DNA of 59,568 nucleotides, counting the filler, from Basidiobolus meristosporus CBS 931.73 (lineage: Eukaryota; Fungi; Basidiobolomycota), in assembly GCA_002104905.1 (NCBI GenBank). It is 3 parts of 3 records of this genome, joined end to end, with 100 filler letters (N's around TTAATTAATTAA, not from the genome) between each part and the next. Parts side by side here need not be neighbours in the genome. Positions count along the whole stretch, not along the records: positions 17,177 to 47,184 come from MCFE01000856.1; 2 more parts are not named here. The stretch is one strand, 5' to 3'. The notes below the pieces were generated by a model. The model saw nothing but the letters and a program-made list of their open reading frames with translations. It did no database searches and was not told the origin of the DNA. The position numbers and the translations under genes were made by a program. Positions 23,265-33,649 of this stretch are shown one piece after another; position 1 is the stretch's first letter; each line of letters starts with the position of its first letter.

Positions 23265-26200
23265 ATGACTGCCTTTATGAACAACGTTTCCACTGCTTCC
23301 AACGGAGGAATAATGAAGAAGGCTCTTATTATGATGATGATCTCCCCACTGTTCACATCAAGCAATGTCATGGCCCTACCCTCTTTCGAAAGTAACGAGG
23401 TTATGATGGCCGAGGATATGGTTGATGGTCGCAGCGATTTTCTAGGTGCAAATAATCGGGCATTCGAGCAGCTCTTCAAGAGACAACAAACTGAAGAAAC
23501 TGCAAGTGCTGATGTGGGAAGGGCTACTTCTGATATTCAAGAAGCTACCAAGCGTGATCTTTATGAAGTGGAGATGACTGATGTTGAGGCTGAACTTCTC
23601 GAGAAGTTCATGAAGCTTAATACAAAGAACATTGTACCATTGCTGAAGAAGTATGTTCCGCTCCTCAAGACTTTTGCACCCAACTACCTGAACCTCACTG
23701 TCAAGGATCTCTTGAAGAAGCTCGGTCTTCACAAGCACCTTGTCACTCTTGGTCTTGACGAGGCTCCAGCCCCAGCTCCAGTTGAGGGAGGCGAGAACTA
23801 CAGCAAGCGTGACCTCTATGAGGTTGAGATGACTGACGCTGAAGCCGAAGCTTTCGGAAAACTCAAGCAGCTCATTCCCAACGTCAAGAAGCTTGTTCCT
23901 TTGTTGAAGACATATGGTCCAATCATCAAGGCCATGGCTCCCAACTACCTGAACCTCACTGTCAAGGACCTCTTGAAGAAGCTCGGTCTTCACAAGCACC
24001 TTGTCACTCTTGGTCTTGATGAGGCTCCAGCCCCAGCTCCAGTTGAGGGAGGCGAGAACTACAGCAAGCGTGACCTTTATGAGGTTGAGATGAGTGATGC
24101 TGAAGCTGAGGCTTTCGAACGGTTCAAGAAGCTTATTCCCAACACCAAGAAGTTCATTCCTATGTTGAAGAAGTACATTCCGCTCCTCAAGACTTTTGCA
24201 CCCAACTACCTGAACCTCACTGTCAAGGACCTCTTGAAGAAGCTCGGTCTTCACAAGCACCTTGTCACTCTTGGTCTTGATGAGGCTCCAGCCCCAGCCC
24301 CAGTTGAGGGAGGTGAGAACTACAGCAAGCGTGACCTTTATGAGGTCGAGATGAGTGATGCTGAAGCTGAGGCTTTCGGTCAACTCAAGAAACTTCTTCC
24401 CAACGTCAAGAAACTTGTTCCAATGTTGAAGAAGTATGTTCCGCTCCTCAAGACTTTTGCACCCAACTACCTGAACCTCACTGTCAAGGACCTCTTGAAG
24501 AAGCTCGGTCTTCACAAGCACCTTGTCACTCTTGGCCTTGACGAGGCTCCAGCCCCAGCTCCAGTTGAGGGAGGTGAGAACTACAGCAAGCGTGACCTTT
24601 ATGAGGTTGAGATGACTGACGCTGAAGCCGAAGCTTTCGGAAAACTCAAGCAGCTCATTCCCAACGTCAAGAAGCTTGTTCCTTTGTTGAAGACATATGG
24701 TCCAATCATCAAGGCCATGGCTCCCAACTACCTGAACCTCACTGTCAAGGACCTCTTGAAGAAGCTCGGTCTTCACAAGCACCTTGTCACTCTTGGTCTT
24801 GATGAGGCTCCAGCCCCAGCCCCAGTTGAGGGTGGTGAAAACTATAGCAAGCGTAACCTTTATGAGGTTGAGATGAGTGATGCTGAAGCCGAAGCTTTTG
24901 GAAAACTCAAGCAGCTTGTCCCTTTGTTGAAGACATATGGTCCAATCATCAAGGCCATGGCTCCCAACTACCTGAACCTCACTGTCAAGGATCTCTTGAA
25001 GAAGCTCGGTCTTCACAAGCACCTTGTCACTCTTGGTCTTGACGAGGCTCCAGCCCCAGCCCCAGTTGAGGGAGGTGAGAACTACAGCAAGCGTGATCTC
25101 TATGAGGTTGAGATGACTGACGCTGAAGCCGAAGCTTTCGGAAAACTCAAGCAGCTCATTCCCAACGTCAAGAAGCTTGTTCCTTTGTTGAAGACATATG
25201 GTCCAATCATCAAGGCCATGGCTCCCAACTACCTGAACCTCACTGTCAAGGACCTCTTGAAGAAGCTCGGTCTTCACAAGCACCTTGTCACTCTTGGTCT
25301 TGACGAGGATCCAGCCCCAGCCCCAGTTGAGGGAGGTGAGAACTACAGCAAGCGTGACCTCTATGAGGTTGAGATGAGTGATGCTGAAGCCGAAGCTTTT
25401 GGAAAACTCAAGCAGCTTGTCCCTTTGTTGAAGACATATGGTCCAATCATCAAGGCCATGGCTCCCAACTACCTGAACCTCACTGTCAAGGATCTCTTGA
25501 AGAAGCTTGGTCTTCACAAGCACCTTGTCACTCTTGGTCTTGACGAGGCTCCAGCCCCAGCCCCAGTTGAGGGAGGCGAGAACTATAGCAAGCGTGACCT
25601 CTATGAGGTTGAGATGAGTGATGCCGAAGTCGAAGCCTTTGGAAAACTCAAGCAGCTTATTCCTAAACTCAAGAAACTCATTCCTCTGTTCAAGAAGAAA
25701 TCCTCTCTCAAAGCTGCCGCTTCCAAAGCAGGCAAGGGCCCAGTCAAACGCGACCTCTATGAGGTTGAGATGACTGACGCTGAAGCCGAAGCTTTCGGAA
25801 AACTCAAGCAGCTCATTCCCAACGTCAAGAAGCTTGTTCCTTTGTTGAAGACGTATGGTCCAATCATCAAGTCCATGGCTCCCAACTACCTGAACCTCAC
25901 TGTAAAGGACCTCTTGAAGAAGCTCGGTCTTCACAAGCACCTTGTCACTCTTGGTCTTGATGAGGCTCCAGCCCCAGCTCCAGTTGAGGGAGGTGAGAAC
26001 TACAGCAAGCGTGACCTCTATGAGGTTGAGATGAGTGATGCTGAAGCCGAAGCTTTCGGAAAACTCAAGCAGCTCATTCCCAACGTCAAGAAGCTTGTTC
26101 CTTTGTTGAAGACATATGGTCCAATCATCAAGGCCATGGCTCCCAACTACCTGAACCTCACTGTCAAGGATCTCTTGAAGAAGCTCGGTCTTCACAAGCA

Positions 26201-26396
26201 CCTTGTCACTCTTGGTCTTGATGAGGCTCCAGCCCCAGCCCCAGTTGAGGGAGGTGAGAACTACAGCAAGCGTGAAGTTATCCCTGGTCGTGATGATGGT
26301 CAAGAGACATCAAAAGAAACCGACTTGGGAGGCCCCACTCCTGGAAATCCCAACGATGAAGAGGCTGCCAAGAAAAAAGCTGAAGTCAAAGCTTGA
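23265..26396 (+). CDS. Secreted Kex2-processed repeat polyprotein (KEP) with 11 cationic amphipathic peptide units
   Basis: Single-exon 1043-aa ORF; hydrophobic leader from the ATG at 23313 (MKKALIMMMISPLFTSSNVMA); 11 KR-delimited units (23556-26273), each with acidic DLYEVEMxDAEAEA, a Lys/Leu-rich core and mostly an acidic DEAPAPAPVEGGENYSKR tail. Confidence 0.9.
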   Translation: MTAFMNNVSTASNGGIMKKALIMMMISPLFTSSNVMALPSFESNEVMMAEDMVDGRSDFLGANNRAFEQLFKRQQTEETASADVGRATSDIQEATKRDLYEVEMTDVEAELLEKFMKLNTKNIVPLLKKYVPLLKTFAPNYLNLTVKDLLKKLGLHKHLVTLGLDEAPAPAPVEGGENYSKRDLYEVEMTDAEAEAFGKLKQLIPNVKKLVPLLKTYGPIIKAMAPNYLNLTVKDLLKKLGLHKHLVTLGLDEAPAPAPVEGGENYSKRDLYEVEMSDAEAEAFERFKKLIPNTKKFIPMLKKYIPLLKTFAPNYLNLTVKDLLKKLGLHKHLVTLGLDEAPAPAPVEGGENYSKRDLYEVEMSDAEAEAFGQLKKLLPNVKKLVPMLKKYVPLLKTFAPNYLNLTVKDLLKKLGLHKHLVTLGLDEAPAPAPVEGGENYSKRDLYEVEMTDAEAEAFGKLKQLIPNVKKLVPLLKTYGPIIKAMAPNYLNLTVKDLLKKLGLHKHLVTLGLDEAPAPAPVEGGENYSKRNLYEVEMSDAEAEAFGKLKQLVPLLKTYGPIIKAMAPNYLNLTVKDLLKKLGLHKHLVTLGLDEAPAPAPVEGGENYSKRDLYEVEMTDAEAEAFGKLKQLIPNVKKLVPLLKTYGPIIKAMAPNYLNLTVKDLLKKLGLHKHLVTLGLDEDPAPAPVEGGENYSKRDLYEVEMSDAEAEAFGKLKQLVPLLKTYGPIIKAMAPNYLNLTVKDLLKKLGLHKHLVTLGLDEAPAPAPVEGGENYSKRDLYEVEMSDAEVEAFGKLKQLIPKLKKLIPLFKKKSSLKAAASKAGKGPVKRDLYEVEMTDAEAEAFGKLKQLIPNVKKLVPLLKTYGPIIKSMAPNYLNLTVKDLLKKLGLHKHLVTLGLDEAPAPAPVEGGENYSKRDLYEVEMSDAEAEAFGKLKQLIPNVKKLVPLLKTYGPIIKAMAPNYLNLTVKDLLKKLGLHKHLVTLGLDEAPAPAPVEGGENYSKREVIPGRDDGQETSKETDLGGPTPGNPNDEEAAKKKAEVKA

Positions 26397-26665
26397 TAGA
26401 GAATTTCTCAACATTCAAATTTCCTTCTAATAAAAATCGCTTGACACAATCATATACTTGTACTCTGAGAATTGAACTATTAAATGATGCATCCGGTGCA
26501 TGTGAGAGTGAAAGGTAGACATCAAAGGCATTTATCAATGTAAGGATTTGAAATCGAAGGAAGAAAATGGGCAAAGGATTTTGTTTCTAGCAAGCTCATA
26601 GCATATGCGCTCAAGTCAATGGTGCTTTATTGTGGTAAACCAAAGTGAGGGTAAGTTTTTGATAT

Positions 26666-27759
26666 TCATAGAATATTCGATGTATCTTTTCTGAATATCA
26701 GGCTCATTGTCCTCAAAAGCTTCATATCCCATCCAACTGAATACACCGCTCTTGGCCATTGTGCTGTCAAGGTATGAACGATTGCATTCGTTACATGCTC
26801 TGCGGTGGGGGCCAAAGATGCCATCCTTTCCATGTAGACTCTCAGCAGTTCAAGTTGTTGGATCTGTTGCCCAAAGGCAATTTTGGAAGTTGACTTCGAA
26901 GGGTCCAAGAGCTCAATCAAATCGAGAAAATCCTGTCGTAGGCCAATCAGTTGGAGCTGAAGTCGGTTACGCTGAATCATATCTTACCTCGGTAAGGATT
27001 CTACACTCTGGGAATGCGGTGCTGTATATGCCTAGTAAGGGGTATAAACATTTTGATATAGATCCGTGAATGCCAAGTGAAAGTATCACCTGCTTCAATG
27101 ATACTACACGATAGCCCCGTCTGTCTCGTACTCTCCAGCCAACGAGCAAATGTCTGCTCAAATCCCTTGAACACCGAGGTATTACTTAGTTGATGTTTAT
27201 AAAGCAGTCTCGGTGCGGTTGAGCCAAAAATCACGACCCTTCCGCTCTTATCAAGTAAAGAAATCAGCTCGTTCAGAAAACCCACACTCTTGCCTAATCT
27301 AAGCTCTAATCTGGAGGCAAGGTCACACGAATCCCACTCGTCTGGTAAGGCAGGGAAGACCCTTGAGTTGTGTATTATACCAACAAGCTGGCCCGATATA
27401 TCTTCAAGCAGCCGCTTGAGATCTTGGTGCGTTTGGTACGGCGTATGATGGGATTGGAGGTTGACCAACACCCCAAGTATCTCTTTCTTACCACCTTTTA
27501 AAGTGTGGATATTCTCCAGTTCTGACCAATTTCGAACCCCGATAATCACCGTGTAGCCTAGCTCACTCAAACAGAGGGCTATATCCCGGCCAGCACCTAG
27601 CCCTCCTCGCGTAATAAAGACGACCGGGCGCTGAGCCCTCAATGTGCTTGGTCTGGGCGGCTTCTGCCCCGATAGCAAATGTGATATGCTTTGGTTGAAT
27701 GAGTGAATCCAATCAAGCAGTTCATCCAGCAAATACAAAACGAATCCCGATAGATGCAT
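26666..27759 (-). CDS. Short-chain dehydrogenase/reductase-like protein, multi-exon, degenerate active site
   Basis: VVFITRGGLGAGRDIALCLSELGYTVIIGVR Rossmann start, GRVVIFGS, SIIEAG, and C-terminal AIVHTLTAQWPRAVYSVGWD typical of SDRs; probable ATG at 27759. Confidence 0.7.
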
Positions 27760-28696
27760 CAAGATAGATAGGCAATTGGATATCGCTGAGATGGAGACCC
27801 GAGGAAGTGACGGATTTGCAAAAAGACTAGGATGGGCCGTCCTGGGGCTGCCTAAGATGAATAATACAGCTACGTGACCTTGACCTCTGCAGTCAGTATT
27901 TAAGCAAAAGAGGCACACACGCCACATCGTACACCATCCTGACCTGAAGGGCAGCCTGTTCTATGCAACTACTCGAGGAACTCATTGAGGAGCCACAATT
28001 GAAGGGTAACCTCATATGGGAACTTGCAGAGGACACGATTGGTAAGTTTTCGCGATAACAGATGAAGCACCATTGGACAACGTAATGTATCTCATAATTG
28101 AGATCTCCCCCTTACTTGTGGATGTACGCGGAGATGATCTAGGACGTACATGTCACTGGCTGTTCCGCACGATCGTCCCAATGCGTTTTGGGACCCATTT
28201 CGCATAGACCCAAACAGCAGCGCTACGACATAGAGGAGGGCCCCCATCGAAGGCGGTTATTATTGTACTGACCTGACCTGTTTCATTCTCCGCAAAACCT
28301 ACATTATTTCCGGTAGAAACCCCTGTATTCACCATATTGTAACCATGTTTGTGAATTCCATCATTCATAGACTCAACCTGGAGCAGGGATCGGGGGAACG
28401 TGGCTCTTCCTTCTGGAATACCAGTTGTCCCGCTGCGATAGAACTGCTTGGCAAGGATCACTAACCCCATTTGGCAGGTGTGGTCGACATAGGTATATAA
28501 ATGTATGGGCATGCATGGATCGTAGAGTATTAGAGAAATCTCACAAAACCTGATTTATATAATTTACAAATCCAAGTAACTCCTACGCGAAGATACAAGC
28601 AATGGTTATATACATGAATACGTTCAAAATCTCTCTGGGATAACCAAATGTGTGGGTAGCTAGAAGTTTACATGATACTTGGGATGAGTACAGCGG

Positions 28697-29254
28697 CTAA
28701 ACCAGCCCCTTTCTTTTCTTGTAGAGCTGAGGGTACTTGATGAGAATGGCGGAGAATAGTAGGAAACTAAGGAGTTGCTGCGATTTGGTGCACGACTCTG
28801 CCACAGCAAGGAACCCGATCTCGTCGTCGGTTTTGGGCCACTCAAATAAGGCTATAAGGTTCTTCTCGATCGCGGTATAGCAGCACAGGAACTGTCCCTC
28901 TTGATAATCCCAGAGGTAGTCGATCGCATCGAGGTTAAAGGTATAGACACCGAAGTCTCCCTTGGGGTAGGTGAGGTTCAATCTTAAACCTAATGAATTA
29001 CTAGTGATTTTGATGTAGCCTAGACTGTGTCGCGTTTTGGCTGTGTAGACCTCGGTTCCAGAAGGCTGCGCTCGCAACACTACCTTGTGTTTGAACAGAC
29101 GTGTGGATTCCTTCGAGAGGGAATAGATGTCCTGATGGTCACTTTCACTGTAGATGAAGATTTTCCGCTTGTCCACAGCCTTATTGAATTTGTAGATGTG
29201 GTCTAGGTCCGGGTGCTGGGAGAGCAAGCTACTGGAACTTGATATGTTAGGCAT
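28697..29254 (-). CDS. Hypothetical protein (185 aa), possibly tubby-C/LURP-like beta fold
   Basis: Single-exon ATG-to-stop ORF with globular composition and an upstream TATA-like sequence; the family guess is weak. Confidence 0.55.
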   Translation of the reverse strand: MPNISSSSSLLSQHPDLDHIYKFNKAVDKRKIFIYSESDHQDIYSLSKESTRLFKHKVVLRAQPSGTEVYTAKTRHSLGYIKITSNSLGLRLNLTYPKGDFGVYTFNLDAIDYLWDYQEGQFLCCYTAIEKNLIALFEWPKTDDEIGFLAVAESCTKSQQLLSFLLFSAILIKYPQLYKKRKGLV

Positions 29255-31114
29255 AGGTGCAGAATGTTATGTGGTCGATGTAGCAATGGCAAGGGCTTTA
29301 CTCTGGGAAGTAAAACGAATACTGGTGTAAAGCAAAGGGGCCGAGGGAAATTGGCGGAGTAGATAGGAGTGTCAATAGAAAGGTATTTAGCTTAGTCGAT
29401 TGGAATGGGTCTCAATGGACCGAGGGGCTGCATAGTTTATATAAGCCAGTGACAACTCAGTAGGACAAAGTGGTATCAGCAGGCTAGATATGTTTCATCC
29501 CTACTGTTTATAGCATCATGACTGCTGGTGAACGAAGCTCATCTACAATCCTCGGCGAGTATTGGCTCCCCCAAGAACCAAGTAATCATCGGATACTGGA
29601 TTCGGCAAGAGAATTAAAAGCTCTCCAGCTGCTCTCAAACGTACTCCAAATTCTCAGACGAACGTTGACATCATACCTGTTGTGATCAGAGCCAATGAGC
29701 CGCCGGGATTCAGATTTTCCAAGCAATCAGTTCCTAAAGTAGAGCTGCTACACGTAAAATAGCAGAGTCTGCTCTAGACAGCCAATCCGCGTCGCCTCAG
29801 GTCATACAAGCAATCCGAAGGCTTATGATCGATAGATTGAACGGATATACATCTGCCGTCGTGTCAATACCCATCCCTTCATTTTCCGATTAGCAAGCAC
29901 CTTGGTGGCATGGCTGACAAGTCGTTTCAGACCGAATCACTTCAGAGGGATGTTCCAAGTCCGGACTCTGGCTTGGTGGACACGTGAGCAGTTCTCCACC
30001 AGTCAATGCTCTAGATACCATTTACTTTTCGATCCATGATCTAACGGGCTTCTTAATCCGGAGGGATGGCCAATATAGCCAGCGCATGAAGCGTGTTTGA
30101 GGCTGAGGCCCATGTCAAGCGACGACATAGTAGGTTTGCTGAAGCTAAACAATACTGGCACTGGATTTCGATATTTGGGAACCGATAGGTAAGCAATGCA
30201 CAATATTAGGCAACCCGATCAGATTAGGCAAATGCTTGACTTCAGATCTGCGCGCGAAATGAGGAAACCTCGATGACGCCAAAATGACCGATCTGGGAGT
30301 AAAGCATAGATGCTGAGCCGGCATCATGAGGACCGTGGATTGTGAAGAATATGAAGATGAAGGCGAAACAAGTGCCGCCTCCTTCCGCGATTGAAAATTT
30401 GCACAGCTTACGGTGGATGACGCGATTCAGTCAAAAACTCGTTTGTATAACGAGCCCTGCTGTCAACTTACCTTATTAGTGGGCAATTACCTTGCATGCC
30501 GCCATGTGTTGGTTGACAAGCAGTCACCGCCGATGTAATGTGGAATATTATATAAATAAATACACCACAAAATCTTGACTAAGAGATGCCCTTATATGGA
30601 CCAGGTAACATGACCTACATTCCTTAGTATACATAACCTGTTCACCGAACTGTGCCTCCTCTTCTTTCGTCATGTTCACTAAGCCCTGCTCCTAGACTTG
30701 CCAGAAACCAGTTTGGCTTTCGACATTCAGCTTCCATTCGGACAGCCGGAGGAGCAAAATCCGGCCGGATGCCTTGCAACATCGCTTCTGCTACAAACCC
30801 TTGTGGTTGACAACGACCCAATATAACTTGGTCAAACTACAGATTAGGCTGATTCACGACTTGCCTGATTAAAAATAGTCTCTATGGTCGAATTACAAGG
30901 CTCAATTTTGTTCTGATTCGGCTAAAATTAGCCTTATAGGCCAGAGGTTGGCCATCGTATCGACCTCGATGGTTCCAAGATCGCGATCATTGGCGAATGA
31001 CTTGAGATTGTTCCGTAGTGGTAATGCAGGATTTCGTATAATATTCGATTGTGACTTCTTTCTGGTGTTCTCTTCTACAAATTTGACCAGTATAACAATC
31101 GTTGAGAGTTTTCT

Positions 31115-31624
31115 ATGTATGTCTGACTGCTTCCTTACAAGATGACTAGTTGCCACAGAGTAACATTTCTCCCCAACCAGGTCCTCTCCCTATGATGCTC
31201 CCTCGTCTGGTGCCCCAACTGGTGGCCCCAACAAAAGCAAGGTGGTCCAACAACAGGTAGATGAAGTGGTGAACATCATGCAAGATAATGTGAACCGTGT
31301 AATGGAGCGCGGTGAGCGTTTAGATACGCTGAACAACAAAGCTGGTAAGTATACGGGAGATGTGTGATCAGATGTCACGCCAAACTAAGCTTTTTTGCCA
31401 TCTAGAGGATCTTGAAAATGGTGCTTTACAATTCCGCCGAGGCGCAAATCGAGTTCGCAAAAATATGTGGTGGAAGAACTTTCGACTGAAGTTGATCATC
31501 ATAGCCATCGTCGTAATAATTCTTCTGGTTGTAATAAGTAAGTTCCATAAGTTCACTATCCCCCCTTCATGTGATACTAACTAACACCAAAACAGTTGTC
31601 CCTATAGTGACCAAGAATAAGTAA
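31115..31624 (+). CDS. SNC1: Synaptobrevin/VAMP v-SNARE
   Basis: Spliced ...VQQQVDEVVNIMQDNVNRVMERGERLDTLNNKAEDLENGALQFRRGANRVRKNMWWKN + TM helix; the start exon is inferred (AT|gtatgt). Confidence 0.92.
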
Positions 31625-33649
31625 CAGCCTTCTTTGCTAACGCCCATCCAATTCTCTTAGCTTTCTTCACTTTCTTGAAGCTTTTGTCTATAATTTTTTT
31701 TCTCAATATGTTAATCCAACATTGATTTCCACTTGATGATAGTTTTCAATTTGCTTTGCCACAGAATGAAGCTTTACAATAAAACACCCCAGCTATTCCG
31801 TCGCCGTTTACCGCTAATCCCATTTTTGATGGATTTTCATAACACCCGTAATGACTAATGACGTACTCTACCTTCTCTACCATTCTTACGCCAAGCAATG
31901 TTACCCAGCCCATTAATTGGCTGAGCATTTGTCTAGGCCGATCCTGTTTTTGTTACATGAGTTACCTCAAAGGTGTGGATTTGTTTAAAAGGTACGCACT
32001 TTGGCAATCAATCAAAAGCTCAGGAGCCTTGCCCATTTATTTCAAGGATGTATTCTAAATCCATGGCTCACTAAAAAGGAAACCCAGACATTAGAACCAT
32101 TTTTGCAGAACCAAGCACGCAGTAAAGGATGGTTTCATCACCATAAACTGAAATTCCTTTCAAATATTCAAGCACCCTTCACTTTCAAAATCGTACACAA
32201 GGTTCATTCCAAAAAATGAAACACCTCTAGCCTGATGCTTGGGTTAAAGGGGATAACTATGGAGGGTAATCTTTACTCAACGGACAGGATAAACGAGCCA
32301 GATTTAAGCTAGAAATAATCAAGTAATAAAGACGATCAAACAACGAGAAAAAGCTTGCCAATTTCTATGTATTCTCTATTAAATCCCAAACTGCACCAGT
32401 ACAGGAGTTAACCTAATGATAAATACCGAGTGCTCATGCCAGCTTAAAACAGGCAACTATTAGTTTAGAAGGAAATCAAGCAAGATAGTCTTCCGGTTTT
32501 TGGACCGTACGAACCAGTTATTGCTAAAGAGCATGCTGGCGAGTTTGTCGGCTTCTCTGAGAAGAGCGTAGAAGCTATCACACCTACTCCCCCATTGGTG
32601 CTGTCGTAGTGGAAGCTATTATTACCACTTGGCAATCTATGGCTAGGCGTCACGAAGGGTATGCTGGAGAGATATTGGGGGAATGGGCGCAACGCCCGAG
32701 TTGATTGCTCCCAAATCAAATGCACTAAAGACGTGTGGGCTTGTTACATCAGCTGAAGCACCTTGACTGGGTTGCCATAGTTTTTACCGAAGCTGCAGCT
32801 GCAGGAAAGAAGTATAAAATCTACCTTTCTGGCTTCGGAGAAAATACGCTGGTATGGACGGTTGTTGCTCTGAAAATCGAGCGGAAACATAAGCTACAGG
32901 TAGTTCTAGCATCTAGCAAGGTCCATTGATCACGAAGTGGTTTCTTTGACATGTGGTACTTTAAAGATGGCTCAGTTATGTCAACATTTGACCCGTACAC
33001 TCATCCAGCTCCAACCTTCACGTTTAGGCCCAAATTGATAGGATTGTGGCCATTCCTAGGTTGACTGGTTCAAAGACTTGAGCCCTGCCTTGCATTAAAA
33101 AGATGGTAATTGATATTTACAGTATAGTTTCGTGAATATTCGGGAATAGATGGCAGGCTTTCATTCATAACTTTCACATTTCTCCAATCTAGTGGAGATG
33201 GAGATGCAATCGTATCAAACAAATTTTGCTTTTTTTACATGGTCATATGAAGCTTCCCAGTTGTCACCAAAGTCATTCGTGCAGTGCCTGATGTGTAAAT
33301 TCCAATCTGGGCCGAATTTATTTTTTATACACAATTCATTGAGACAATTACTATGTTCATTATTCGTAGGTGTGATCTAGCGGTTTTTTTGGCACGGAAT
33401 TGGTTTAGGTGAAGCGACGAGCAAATAAATGTCACCGATGAAAGCACCATAGCCAATCCTGCAAGTTCCGGAGGGAGTGGATGTAACCAGAGAGGATAGA
33501 ACACTGGTATGGCCAGGAAATTGTAGAAAAAGGCCCACGCGAAATTGTAACGGATTCTGCGTAATACTTTCGCCGAAAGTGATATACTTGGGCGTGTTTA
33601 GAATGATAGATGCTGCTTCTGTAGCACGAAAATTCCGGAGGAAGGTGGA

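Noticed and set aside
23556-26273. Regular direct repeats suggestive of CRISPR or satellite DNA
   Set aside because: Units are 156-261 bp, in frame, vary mainly at synonymous sites and have no unique spacers; eukaryotic coding repeat.
23442-26303. 953-aa antisense ORF
   Set aside because: Shadow of the repeated, codon-biased sense ORF; it repeats with the same period and has no independent features.
28153-28512. 119-aa minus-strand ORF
   Set aside because: No family motif or splice support recognised.
29500-30330. Possible intron-rich gene with LNPGGSL (methyltransferase-like) motif
   Set aside because: No consistent spliced model could be built; a single short motif is insufficient.
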